DNA of 63,380 bases, filler included, from Blastocystis sp. subtype 4 (lineage: Eukaryota): assembly GCF_000743755.1 (NCBI RefSeq). It is 4 parts of 4 records of this genome, joined end to end, with 100 filler letters (N's around TTAATTAATTAA, not from the genome) between each part and the next. Parts side by side here need not be neighbours in the genome. Positions count along the whole stretch, not along the records: positions 1 to 16,044 come from NW_014569299.1; positions 16,145 to 32,179 come from NW_014569298.1; 2 more parts are not named here. The stretch is one strand, 5' to 3'. Every line of letters starts with the position of its first letter. Positions within the stretch are counted from its first letter, which is position 1. The notes below the pieces were generated by a model. The model was not told the origin of the DNA. It saw only the letters and a program-made list of their open reading frames with translations, and did no database searches. The position numbers and the translations under genes were made by a program. Below are positions 11,385 through 25,000 of the stretch, in pieces.

Positions 11385-11670
11385 ATGAATTCTGTTAGAT
11401 TGTTGGGAGGACGTCACTTCTAGACACCAGAATCTGCTGAAAAGAAGCGACTTATTGAAGAGATTACTATGGTTTGATATTTCTAATTGTTTTCATTCTT
11501 AGTCACTTGAGGAAATCATTGGAGGAATAAAACAGCTAAACAGGAACATGGAACAGTTGATTGAAGTAGTAGTGGTTTCTTTCATATATAATTCTAAGAG
11601 CAATGACACAGCTCGTATAGCAGATGTATGGAATACCTATTTTACAAAACTACAGGAGCAATCAAAATAA
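11385..11670 (+). CDS. DAD1: DASH/Dam1 complex subunit Dad1, 64 aa, 4 exons
   Basis: Exons 11385-11393, 11424-11471, 11503-11568, 11599-11670 give MNSTPESAEKKRLIEEITMSLEEIIGGIKQLNRNMEQLIEVSNDTARIADVWNTYFTKLQEQSK, matching the Dad1 pattern (RLIxEIxxSLE...LNR.LE...W). Confidence 0.8.
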
Positions 11671-11707
11671 CTGAAGACCTTGTTTTAGTAAACAAACAGC
11701 TTCAAAT

Positions 11708-14700
11708 TCAAATGTCTTCATCAGCCACCACCTCATGTTCCTGATCCGTTTCTTCCTCTTCCACCTCAACATAACGATTCTTTCTTGCTCTCTTCATCAA
11801 ATTCCACTTATACAGAACATCATCGGTTGTCATATCCGATTCAATCTGCATATTGCTGAGTCCAGTGAACTCAACACTCTCCAGCTTACGATAATTCTCG
11901 TCCATACAATTGTTGTAAAGATTAACGAGGGTTACCTGCTCATCTGTCAAATCATCAAGCCACATCTGCGTATTTGCACGCAAGGCCTCCATAACTTGCT
12001 CACTCGATGAACGGAACTCATACTGAACACGCCAAATACCTGTCACCTTCTTTACCTCTCCTTCCATAGGAGTTGGAGTCACAGTTGCTGTTGCTGAGGC
12101 TGTGTCAGTAGCAGTACCAGAAGCGGTCTGGATCTCTTCAGGTCGTACAGTATACGCTCCAATGCAGTAATAAGCAAGCCAGTCACCATTCCAAGTACGA
12201 CTCAGACCAGCTGCCTGCATATGGTTTCCAGTAGGAATCTCAGGCAAAGTCACATAACCAACAGCTTGTTCAGGACCTCGGACACGTTCACAAGCCAGAT
12301 GTTCAGAGAGAATCTGTCCCTCAGGTTGATCAATAATTGCATCAATCAAAACTGAATTGCCAAGACGATCCCACAATGAGCGGAAGTTCTGTGTCTGTAG
12401 CAAATGAGAAGGAGGAGGCAGCAGCAAGTCTGTAAACTTAATCTGAATAGGAGTGTAAGGAAGCACCAGATCGCCAGTACCTTCCTTGATTGACCCATCA
12501 AGCATATGAACATCTTCCTCACCCTTGCGCAGTGTCACCAGAGGTTGAGCGGTACCTCGTTCGAAACGATTCACTTCTAATGGAGCTTCCCAAGTAACCG
12601 AAGCACGAGGACGTAGAACTCCCTTCATGTCAAAGTGAGCTGAGCGTCGAAGAGAAGACATACTCAGAGCTCCTTGAGCAGCCACAGTAACTCTAAGAAT
12701 AAGAAGAACCATACACTGCCTACGCAATACCACTCATGTCCATATGTGTAGCATTGTACAGAGTCATACGAAGAATCAATTGATGGGTTTCAGACTGAGG
12801 ACGGAAACTACCCACAATCAAAAGAGGATCAGAACCTCCTGACAAGGTTGAACGGATATGAACAGCCGGTGACTTATACACTAATGCTTTCGTATGAGCT
12901 AGCTGTTAATTCTCCGTTTCATAACTCACCTTTCATAGCAGCTGCTTCATCACTCTGCTCTGTATGAGTGGTTACTAAAGCATTCTGAATAGACTGACGA
13001 TACACTTCAGCAGCATCATGAATATTCTGAATTGTCTGTTGCTTTGTAGCATCCGTATCCTGGATTGGTGAATAGCTTCCCACAAACGAATAGATTGTGT
13101 TAATTCGCATATCTACACATCAATACCTCCTTCCATTCCAACCCTCTTCGATCTCATTCGACTCTCTCATTTCCTTTGGTAGAGAGAGAGAAATACGAGC
13201 AAGAACATTCATAGCACTAGGAATAAAGAAAGGGATTGAAACTCACTTTTCTCGTACAAGAGTACAAATATCCTTTCGCTTCAAATACTCTTGAATCGCA
13301 CGATAGGCAACCACAGCAAGTTCTTCATTATCACTCACGATATGAAGTACACAACGCAACAGCAAATCAGATAACACAAGATCATCACTGGAGGCATGTT
13401 GCTCATCCTCAGTGATACTTCCAGCCATAGCTAACGATGTCTAAACTCAAGTTTATCATTCATTCATACATGTTGGAACATTGCATATTTCTCACTCAGC
13501 ACCACTGTGTGAGTATCAGTCTTGCGCAGACGTTGCAACACAAGACCTAGTAGGACCTTTTGAAGATCGTTACTGACCACAAACTGAGCCAGAATCCAGA
13601 TAGCTTGAAGACGAAGAGAAGGATCCTCCACCAAAGGCAATACTTGCAAAATGTCGTGCTTCAAAACACGTTGGAATATCAAAGCAGCAGGCTCATCTTC
13701 CTCTTCTTCAAACTCTGGCGTATGAGGTGAACTTGGAGTGAGTATAACATTCTTCTTCTCCATCTTGTCTTCATTAATGAAGGAACCAACACTGAAGAGA
13801 GCATTCAGATAACGATCAGCAGCAGTACCTGAGGAAGACTTCCATGTGAGACATTCCTATGAATTAGAGGACATAATGAAGGATACAGAAGTTGAGAATA
13901 GGATATTCAGAGCCACCTTTGTCCAGATACGATGTTCTGCTAAGGTAGAAGAAGCAGTTGGTTTTTCATCACTAACAGCAGCAAGAAGAGACGATACAAT
14001 CTAAATATAAGGAGAAATCAATCAAAGATACTTCCTCCTTGAACACATCACCATCATCCTGAGTGAAGATATTGGTGATAAAGACAGATCGCATGATCTT
14101 TTGAGCATAGTCAGTATTACCCTCACGAAGCATACTCTTGACAAGAGAACGAGCCATTGATAATAACAGACTAATACGCTTTGTTACATTCTATCACTTA
14201 CTCTCACTTTCAATACCTACTCTCACACTATAGATCGCTCGATAGCAAACAGATACAGTTGGAATATTAAACATTTCCTTCTTAATTCGATCCATATCTC
14301 GACTTATTAGAATCAGATCACGTGTTGAGGGAATACCCGTCTGACCATAGAGACTCTGAATGATACTATCATTCGTAGGGAAATAAAGATCTTTAGGAAG
14401 ATACTGAATAGCAATCACAAGCAATTCAGCAACTTGAACAGGGTCTAGAATTACAGATGAATCGAATGCTTACCAATCGTACCATATTTTGATTGCATGA
14501 CACGCATAAGAGCAACAAATGCAGCACAAGCCCATGCCTGCTTATTTACCATCATCAACTTGTAATGAGCCAGCAAAATAGTGTATTTGGCTGCCATAAA
14601 CATTGACTCAGCAGAACCATCACAAAGATGACTTGAAAGAACTTCTCGCACCCAGTAACAGGCCACTTCATCACAAGGCACCTTAAGATGAGACCAATCC

Positions 14701-15822
14701 AAAAATCATACCATCTGAGGAGTTGCCATATGCTCCAAACGAATCATACGAGGAGTCCATTCATATCCTGCTGCCTCATTAAACTTCAAAGCAAGAAGCA
14801 AAGCTTCACTTATGGCTTCAATCATATAGGCAGCTTCCAAACCTTTCACTTGTTGGAGTCGCGAAGCAATCGTGTACGTCTGAGCCAAGAGCAACTCACC
14901 CACATCAGGAATCAGGTCCCAAACCAACGAAGGACTGATTGTCAATGTCTATACATCACACAAAGAAACAACCACAACTTCTCGAGCTTCTTCACTAGTA
15001 TGATAGTTGAATCCTTCATCAATACGGCTATAGATGTGAGTATTGTTCTCCTCAATCAGCATATAGAGTGACTTGCAACATTCGGCAACCACACGAGGAT
15101 CAGGATCAAGAAGGGCTTCAGCAACACAACGGAGAATCTCACGGCATTTAGTGACTGTTTCCTGAATCTGCTCAGCTCGACCACGAGAGGAATCATAAGC
15201 TTCATCCTATTGATGAGAGAATCAGCATAGAATATACCTTGAATGCAATTCCAGATAAAGCACAGAGACAACGAAGGGCAAGGAGAGAGAAAACACTTAC
15301 AGCCTGCTTTCTCACCATAGGGTAATCATTAGACAAAGACTTTCGAACAATTCTCTCCATCTACATATGGTATCCATACTACAACAATCACATCAATGGT
15401 GTGAACAAAACGAACTAAGAAACTTCCAGTAAGAGAGTTCAAAGAATCCAGAGCCGAATACACAACTTCTCCAGATGCATCTAGGTATTAGAAGAGAAAT
15501 AGAAGCAAACTGGCAAGATCATACTTCACACTTTCCATAATACCTTCAGAGGCCTTTGCATCTCCATCAGATGCAATAGCTCCCAAAAGTTCGTACGAAA
15601 GCATCTTAATTGATGATGAACCTTGTTTACGATCAATTCCGTACTATTTGGTAAAATTCGAGTTCGACAAGATACAGCAATCAGAGAATCAGTCACTAGC
15701 TGAGGGAAAGCATGACCAGAGTCGATTGATTCCAAAATCTGAGCCAGTGCAAGAATCTTTTCTTCTTCGGAAACATCAGAGGACATCATAATAGCCCTCA
15801 CATTTATAGCATCAACATCCAT
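11708..15822 (-). CDS. TPLATE: TPLATE (beta-adaptin-like large subunit of the TSET complex)
   Basis: N-terminal alpha-solenoid; appendage LSGGSDPLL...LRMTLYNAT...GAL...VNRFER and IKFTDLLLP...FRSLWDRL resemble plant TPLATE LTGSSDP...SHFER and LTELLLP...FFRLWPSL. Confidence 0.75.
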
Positions 15823-15945
15823 TCTAGTATTTAGATTGGAAGAGTTTTGAGGAAAAACACATTTGGGTCATTATGTCGCAATCTAACCCAATTCTGCTCC
15901 CTTGCGAAAAAAAACGATACTAGCAAACAAACAAAATCTCATCAT

Positions 15946-16044
15946 TTAAGAGAACTTGTTGAAGGAGGCAACCTCAGTGGACTGGACCTCATCCTCGAAC
16001 TGAGTGATAGCTTCAATGACATCATCCTCACAGCACACATCATC
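15946..16044 (-). CDS. EEF1B: Elongation factor 1-beta/delta, C-terminal fragment (cut by the spacer)
   Basis: DDVCCEDDVIEAITQFEDEVQSTEVASFNKFS*, the typical eEF1B C-terminus. Confidence 0.85.
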   Translation of the reverse strand, partial: DDVCCEDDVIEAITQFEDEVQSTEVASFNKFS

Positions 16045-16144
16045 NNNNNNNNNNNNNNNNNNNNNNNNNNNNNNNNNNNNNNNNNNNNTTAATTAATTAA
16101 NNNNNNNNNNNNNNNNNNNNNNNNNNNNNNNNNNNNNNNNNNNN
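16045..16144. other. Artificial contig spacer (N44-TTAATTAATTAA-N44)
   Basis: Six-frame stop linker, identical at all three gaps. Confidence 0.97.
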
Positions 16145-19100
16145 TGTTATCGACTGTGGATTGATTCTTTTTCTTATATTATTCTTGTTTCATATGAATC
16201 ATATCCAAACTGATAGTCGAATCATCACATTGATTCACATTCTGTTTAGTATGTCAATTTGAGTAGTATTTTATTAGGTAAAAACAATGCAACCGTTCTT
16301 TCTGCAAAGCAAAGCTTGATTACGTTGAGTAAAGAGAATGGAGATTCTGTTAAGGTTATTATGCATCACGTACTATTTTGAATACATTTTCAAAGTAGAT
16401 TCGGAAAATGGTTTACTCCAAAGAATGGGATGAACGAATTGTTGCTCAACAGTTGCTTGATGTTGTTCTATTAATATCCAAATTCCAAATACAGGTAAAG
16501 TTTCCGGGTGTAAATTGGGATGTGCTTTCATCTTCTTCTATTCGTCAAATGCAGAATTGGATTACAAGTGACAGAGAAGTCCAATTGTCATACACTTTAT
16601 GATGTATAGGTGGAATCTGTAGCCACCATGGATACGATGAAACAGATCCAATCCAAATTGAAGATGATTATTAAGGAAGAAGGTGATTCAGACATCAATG
16701 ATACTGAAATCATGGATGCAGAGCGAGTCCTCTCGGCGAGAACCAATGTCCCACTTATTAAGGAAGAGGATATTGAGCCAGTAATTCCTCATAGTACACC
16801 TCATAAGGAATTAAAACATCTTTGGTTGCAACAGCTTCTTAATCCCTTACAAGACATTCAAGGAAATGAATTAGGTTCATTACTTTACGATTGTATTTTC
16901 CAGTATATTTCTGCATATATTGTCATATAGATGTGTTAATGATGCTTGGGAAACTCGACATGGTTGTTGTTTGCTTCTTCAAACCTTCATTCATCATCAT
17001 GCTATTCCTCGTTCAGTATGCATTGTTCACTCATTCTCACTAGATGTATAACATACTTGCTTATGTTCTTTTCATTCTTATTTGCAGTGATCACTTCATG
17101 GATACTTCTAATGATATCCTTCAAGCACCTGTGCTTGAAGCTGCAGTCCAAGCACTTCAAGAACTTATGAAAGATGACGAAGTCCTCTCCAATACTCTCT
17201 GTCATGTCACTTGCACTCTTATCACACAGCATCAATGGAAACAAGGAGAAGAGTGGGTGTGGGAATTTGCCCTTGCTCATATTCTTGCATGTGTGGATAA
17301 CCAACACATTACTGATACTATGAGTCAGGCTATGGGTTCATTGTTCTCTCATGGGAATCCTGCTGTACAAATGGTCCTTGCAAAACCTCTGGTTGAAGGA
17401 ATCAAATGCAATCAGATCAGCTCGAATGTAGTTCATTCGATGGCTGTAGAAATCTGCCATGTTCTTGGAAGACACAATTACCTCTCGGAATGGTGTTGTG
17501 CTCTCTCTGGATATTTTGAACTTATTCCCGTCCTTCTATCAGATTGTGTCTTTGAGGATTTTCGACGCATTGTAGCCTGTACCAAATTGAAATGAGAATG
17601 ATCTGAAGATTTCGGAAAGACACTATTTGGAGAAGTAATTGAGGAGTCTGTAACAGGAATACAACTATTACTCACTCTAGAAGCATTCTATGCTCATTCA
17701 CGTAGTGATAGTGTAAGAATGAGGGTATATCAATGCATGATTCAAACTGTAGATGAAGAGAGAAAAGTGTAACAATTAGGGTCAAGCGATGATGGGACAA
17801 TGGAAAGAGAGTGTTGGATGTCGATGGATTGTAATCCTATTGATTGATGCTATCGCTCGTGAAAGAGACCGAGAGATGCAAACGATAGCTGTGAAGGGAC
17901 TGATCAATCTTCTTGCTTCTCTGAAGAATATTCAATTTATTTTTTCACAATCTATTGATATGAAACGAATCAAGGAAGCTGTACCATTCGAAGGAGAAGG
18001 AGAAATTGGATGGTGTTTTTGGAAACAAGGAGACATTGCAAAGGCAATTATAGATATCTGTGAATGCCTACTACCAATTGATAGAATGATAGTGAATGGA
18101 GAAAGAGATTGGATCCTCCTCATAATGAGACATAAAGGAGTCCTAGAGAAGATACTTCATATGTTATGGGGAATCGAATATCAGAGAGAGATGAATTTGA
18201 TTATTCATAGAGAAATTGTGAATGAAGAGAAAAGGGAGAATGAATGGATTCTCGAATCTCAATCATTCCTAATGGAATATCGATCTCTTCAGCAATTACT
18301 CCGTCATACTCCTTCTCTATTCCCATCTATTTCTCCATCATTTTTCATGAGTCACTCTCAGGACGAAGTTCTTGCCATTATTGAACAAGCTAAAACCTCA
18401 TCACAATCTGAAGATGGTATGAATGGATCTTGGTTATGAGAATAGAACTAATAACTCTCGTTGTACTCACAAGACAAATACGTACCATATTCCAATTGAT
18501 AGAAGAGACTCAAGTGAGATTTCATTCCATGATTTATTCAAAGAAACAACAACACCATTCATCTCTAATTCTTTCGTATCTTCAATCACTAGACTCATTT
18601 TATCTATCCCCAGATCCTTCTCTTCTAAAAAGTCTTCTTTCACAAGTTCATCATATTCTTGCTCAGATCCCATGTCCTTCTCTTCTTCATACTGTGATCT
18701 GTGCAGCTATTCCTCTTCCATCCGTCTCCATCACAAAACGTGTTGTCTCCAACTGTTGTATGATTCCAAATGGAAAGGTGGACGCGCAGGTTCTTCGAAC
18801 ACTATTGCGCGTTATTACTGATGGAGATAACTGGACTGTAACCTGGTCCACAGCCACTGGAATGATATTTCATGGTTTGGAAGGGAATGAAGAGGATCAG
18901 AACAAGAGTATACGGCTAGCGTGTGCTGCTGTTGAGGGCTGCTCCAATCCAGACATGTGTGGTGAGTTTGTTATTAAATTTCTTCATCGATTGGTTGAAG
19001 TTCTTCCTGTTGCGTCAAGAGGCATGAATCATCAACTCACTGAATGCATCTTGATGAGTCACCAACTGAATGAAGATTGGATTGATCGTCTCTTGTGGTC

Positions 19101-21206
19101 TCTGAAGACAATATTGGAATCATTCCAGGATCCTCGGATTCTCACTCATACAATTGATCTAATACTCTCATTAAGCTCTCATATATCATTTTACGTAGTG
19201 TTTGCTTCATTCTTCTGTAACCTTATTCGTTCCAAACTTGCTTCTTCGAATCGAGATCCGTTTCTCCATGCTCGTTTGTTACGCTTGATGGCACTTCTTC
19301 TTCCTCTCATTGATCTGCAGCCTGTACTTCGTCCAAATTCATGGTTATACCAGAAATGGCAAGAGTCAAAGAATCAATTGGAGAAAGAAGAGATAGCATA
19401 CAATACGTCGATTCATCGTATTCCATCATTCTTTACTGATAATCAGAATATGACTCCTTTCAACTCCCATTCCAACCTCTTCTTCCTCTTCGTCCGTAAG
19501 ATTTCATTCTTCTCATCATTGTTAGTTATCAATTAGAAGGTGTCCGATGGCTGTTGAAGAACTGTCTAACAGGTATCGCATCTGGAGGTATTCTCTGTGA
19601 TGAAATGGGTTTGGGAAAGACAGCTCAAGCGGCTGTGGCTCTTGCTTGTATAAGTGATGGCGTTAATTGTTGTGTGGTCTGTCCAAAGAGTCTGGTTCTA
19701 AACTGGGTGAAGGAGATCAAGAAATTTGTGAGTGATTCTCTCTTGCATGTGTGTGTGTAGGTATGAAGGAGAGAGATCAGAAATAGCTATGCTCCAAATT
19801 CCTCTACACGAGAGAAGGAAGTACAACGAATCAAAGAACTGATGAAAATGGGACGTCTTTGTGTTATCCTTTCCTATCCGACTCTTCGAAGTGAACTCAA
19901 CAAACACAACTCTCTTCTCCTTGAACCGTGGGAAGTATGTGTGTTGGATGAAGGTCATTTAATTCGAAACTCTGAATCTCAACTAGCCATTGCTGCACGA
20001 TCAGTTCAAGCTAACCATCGCTTGGTGTTATCAGGTACTCCTGTTCAGAACTGTCTTGATGATGTGTTTGGGATGTTTGAATTCATTGCACCATACTTCT
20101 TTGACGATTATGATTCGTTCTTTGAGTATTATATTAGACCCATTTGTCAAAGTTATCGTTCTCATAATCGAGATGTGATTGTAAAAGGGAATGAGAGATT
20201 GGAAGAATTGAATCGAGCGATTGCTCCCTTCCTACTTCGTCGAACAAAAGAAGAAGTGAAATTGGAGATTCCTTCCAAATGCATTAGTGATTTGGAGTGT
20301 CCTTTAAGTGAAGAACAGAACCTTGTGTAAAGGATGACAGAGTGAATAATAAATAGCTTGAAGGGAATGCGACAATGGTTGAATAGTAATGAGGCCACAG
20401 AAAAAGACCGTTCTCAACTCCAAACTTGGTCCATCGCAGTAGCCACTCATCCTTTGTTACTACCCTGTTTGAATTCCTTAGGGTATTGGTTAGGTTCATT
20501 TCTAATTTCCAGTCTCTCCAATTCTACTCTTTCCTCACTTCAGTCCTATTCCTGTTCGGGAAAGTTTACTGCTCTCAAACTGCTGATCGAGAAGTCACTA
20601 TCGATAGGTGACTATACCGATACGGCTGAGAATGATTCTGTGAGCAAGGCAGTTCTCTTCTCACAACATCCGAAAGTACTGGAACTCATTGATTCTCAAC
20701 TGTTGACTCGCTATTCCAATCTCAGATATGTGATTCTCACAAGTTCAATGTCAAACGAACAACGCATGAATGCTGTTGAGTCGTTTCAGTTGGACAGTTC
20801 AGTGAGATTGCTGTTAGCAACTACTGGAGTATGTGGACATGGTGTAACACTAACGGCTGCACAGACTGTGATTCTTGTTGATCATAACTACAATCCGTAT
20901 GTCGACTTACAAGCAATCGATCGAAGTCATCGAATTGGACAGAATTCTACGCTTCAGGTATATCGTTTGGTGAGCAACGAACCAAATGAGTCACGCATAA
21001 TGTGTCTACAGCGTTTCAAAGAACATGTTGCAACAGAAGTGATTAAAACGGATAATCAGGATGTAGAAGAAATGGCTATAATGAGAGAAGTTCTGGGACC
21101 CAAGAAGAAGGAAAAACGAAAAGGAGAAGAGAAATACTCCATAGAGAAGAAGAAGCGGCTGGAGTTGGATGACTCAGAATGTGATGGATACGAAATTTAC
21201 GAGTAA
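16145..21206 (+). CDS. BTAF1: SNF2-family ATPase, Mot1/BTAF1-like (5' end truncated)
   Basis: Long helical N-terminal region; GGILCDEMGLGKT, LDEGHLIRN, LSGTPVQN, FLLRRTKEEV, HPLL, NPYVDLQAIDRSHRIGQ. Confidence 0.75.
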
Positions 21207-21237
21207 TTATCATTTAGGAGGACTGTTTGTTTGTCAA

Positions 21238-21927
21238 ATGAGAGAAATGGCTGAATATGATTCTTTATGTAACCAGATTGATGGCCTTCTCGTCAGAATT
21301 CTGAAAGATTCCAGAGATTACGTTTTGAAAAAGAAGGCCTTCAACGAATTGTGGAGTGAGGAAGGAACTGTTTCATTTTTTATCATTTCTAGGGTATATT
21401 TGAGTTAACGGTCGGAAATAGCATCACAAGAGGCAACTCCATTTCTCGCTTTCCAATTGATGCAGAGTTCACTCCGTTATACAAACTGTATGTAGTATTT
21501 GATGCTGTTCATATTAAAGATATTGCAGTGGAGACACTTGTGCTATTCGGGAAACAAAAGAACTCCAACCTTCGGATTTTCCGAAGTCAACTCAGAAACG
21601 TGATGTAAGCGACTCAGTTCTAAGAAAACGAAAAGGAGAATCGAAAGAGGAGGAAACGTGGGTGGAAGAAACAGACGATGCTGCTGAAACAGTTCTAGAA
21701 CAGAAAATTATGTCAATGAGAAGAGATCCATTGTTCGTTCTCAATCCTCTTCCTTCATCAAGTCAAAGAAAAGCCCAATCTCTACTTCGAAAGAGTATAT
21801 TTTGGTTATGGAAATTAGGATTAGGTATGATCCAACTAGGTGAATTATGCCTTCTCCAACGTACAATTGAAAAGTTGACAGAAGAATACTTGGCGCTCTT
21901 AGAAAAAAAAGACAAAATCGATCATTG
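21238..21927 (+). CDS. CCDC115: V-ATPase assembly factor CCDC115/Vma22; stop probably TG+A by polyadenylation
   Basis: RDPLFVLNPLPSSSQRKAQSLLRK..MIQLGELCLLQRTI matches DPLxWFGxLVPxSLRQAQxxF; TGTTTGTT at 21932-21939 lies upstream of the genomic TAG at 21959-21961. Confidence 0.7.
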
Positions 21928-22013
21928 GATCTGTTTGTTAGCGATTCATTTCCAGAAATAGTCACTTTTTTCTCTCATTGTTCTCGCATCTTTCGTAATA
22001 CGAGGTTTTCAGA

Positions 22014-25000
22014 ATGCTGAAACGTATGATGAAGATTGCCCTCGGCAGCGAGGTCGATAAAAACTATATTGTGGAGAGTAAGCCGGTTGCTACAGGTGGA
22101 CCTCACTTCTGCTGGAAAGTATCAGATAGAATGAATTTGTAATCCTTTTAGGTGTACAATGCAGTTCGTAAAGCAACTCATGAGGAAGTTTCGGTATTTA
22201 TCTTCAAGGAGAGCTATTTTGTTCCAGAAGACAAGCCCTATAAAGATGATTTTATGTATTTGTTGCGTCAGGATGTTAAGAAGATGACAATGTACAGATT
22301 GGTGGTTTTTCTGTAAGTTGAAGGTTACGTCATCCCTACACACTGAAAATGATTGAGGTGATGCCCGAAAATCCTAAGGAGATTTGTTTTGTAACCGAAC
22401 GAGTTACTTGTTCTTTGGCCAACATGTGTAACAACTTCACGAATCTTCCTGTTGAGAACATTCCAAGTGACATCAAGGAGAAGAATCTCTCTCCATTTGA
22501 GGTAACCTGTGGAATTGTAAGTTTACGTCTTGGTGTTGAGACTAGATCAATCTCTGTGATGGTCTAATGTTTTTACATGATACAGCCAAGCTCGTTCATC
22601 TGGATCTCTGTCCTGAGAACATTTGGATTACTCCTGATGGTAGTTGGAAACTGGCCGGTTTTGGATTCTCCCTGTCCACTGAAGTCGGATCTACTCGCTA
22701 TCTTTTGGACTGTGGTTCCGTGGTAGGTGCTTTGAATAGCGTTAATCCTAGCCATTCAATCGCTTTGCAGCTACACCAGATATGAGTTACTCAGCTCCAG
22801 AGCTGTCAACACCTCCTGGGAACTTCACTGTATCCACTGATATGTGGTCACTTGGTTGTGTGATCTGGGAGCTCTTCTCGCTGGGACAGGAATCCAATGG
22901 AACCACCTTCAAACTGGTCCATGTAGAAGATGGAAATCCAACAACCCACGCGACAATTGTGCAGAACCTGCAACCTGTGTCAATGGATCGAATTCCTCAA
23001 ATGCTACAGAGTAGTCTAATGTCCCTACTGAATGTAAATCCAAATCAGCGAGCTTCGGCCAATGCAATGAAGAATGCTCCATACTTCACACACGGTCCTG
23101 TACAGACAATGCGAGAATTGGATACACTCCTAGAAATGGACGAAGAGCATCAGAAGGAAGTATTGAAGGATCTGCTACCTGCATTGGCTCCATTTCCTGA
23201 TTATCTCCTTGAGAGTATGGTGTTACCAAAGTTGGAGGAGGTAGATATGAATTGAAAAAATGATTGTTAGTTGAGTCATATTACCGACTTTGCTCCTTTC
23301 ATTCTGCCTTGTCTTCTCTACATTGCAGAACGAGTAAAGCCTGAGATATTTAATAGTCGAATCATGTCGGCTTTTGAGCCAATGATGACACTAACATCAC
23401 CTCCAGAACTAGTCACAGATATTTATCGTATCTTCCTGGGTCATCTGGAGTTGTTACTTGAGAAAGGAGACAGTCAGTTCAAGAACAAGCTTCTTCTGCC
23501 AATGTTAGGTCGATGTATTGGATGCGGAGTGAAGTCATTACAGATGCCGGTTCTTCACAGTGTGGTAAGAGAAAGGGAAGGATCTGATGTATAGGAAATG
23601 ATAGTGAATACCATGGATAAGAAGCAGATCAAGGAGCATTTGGTTCCTCGCATTCAGAAGGTTGTTCTTGAAGGATCTGACATTACTGTACGTACGATGG
23701 GTGTTGAGAGCTTGTGTTCGTTGTTACCCATTTTTGAGAAGTCAGAGATCCAGAGTGAAGTGTTGAATGTGTACAAGAAGTTGATTGCCGCTGATCGTGA
23801 TCCTGCTCTGATTACTACTGTGACTCGTTGTTACACATCTATTGGAAAGCAGTTTGGTGCTGTAGTAATAGCTCAAACGATTCTTCCGAAGGTAACATAT
23901 CTGTTAGCAGAATCTGCTTTGGAGCGTGAACAATTTGTTGAAATCATGACTCATATTGAAGACATGTTACAAGTGATTCGAACCCAGAGAGAGGAAGAGT
24001 TTACTCGTCGCGAGGAAGAGAGAATCCGGAAGGAAAAGGAACAAGAAGAACAAGCTAAACGAATCCCACCTCCGAAGCCAGCAAAGCCTGAAGGCGATTT
24101 GTTTGAGAAGCCCTCATTACCTCCCAAGCCTGTGAAGCCTGGTGAGAAGCCAAGTTTACCCACAAAGCCTGTGAAGCCTGTGAAGCCTGTGAAACCAGCA
24201 AAGCCCGCAGGGGATGATCCTTTTGGTGACATTGTTGCGAGCTCAGCTGGAGGTGATATGTTTGCTGACATGGGCTCAGCTCCTGCTGGAGGTGATGGAG
24301 GTGACATGTTTGCGGACATGGGTTCAGCTCCTGTAACGAGTCAAAGTGATATGTTTGCTGACATGGGTTCAGCTCCTGCTGCTTCAACAACACAAGGTGA
24401 TATGTTTGCTGATATGGGTTCAGCTCCTGCTACTTCAACACAAGGTGATATGTTTGGAGAGATGAGTCCCTTGCCAGATGATAACTTTATGATGAGTGGA
24501 ACTGTTCCTTCAAGTGATATGTTTGGAGGGATGGATAGTCAGCCTGCTGGAGGTGACATGTTTGGTGATATGGCTTCGGCTCCTATTACTTCAGCTCCTC
24601 CTGGTGATATGTTCGGAGACATGAATCCTGTTGCTGAATCCAAACCAGCTACCTCATCAAATCTTAATGGAATGAGTATGGGAGGTGACATGTTTGGCGG
24701 AATGAACTCTGGAATGTCGGGAATGAGCATGGGAGGTGACATGTTCGGAGACATGAATCCTATTCCTGAGTCCAAGCCGGCTGCCTCATCTGCAACTCTG
24801 GGTGGAATGAGTATGGGAGGTGATATGTTTGGAGATATGAATCCTATCCCTGAATCCAAGCCTGCCGCGTCCTCCAGTCTCAGTGGCATGAACATGGGAG
24901 GTGATATGTTCGGAGGAATGAGTTCAGGTCCTTCTGGTGGCGATATGTTTGGAGATATGAATCCTATCCCCGAATCCAAGCCTGCTCCATCCTCAACTAT

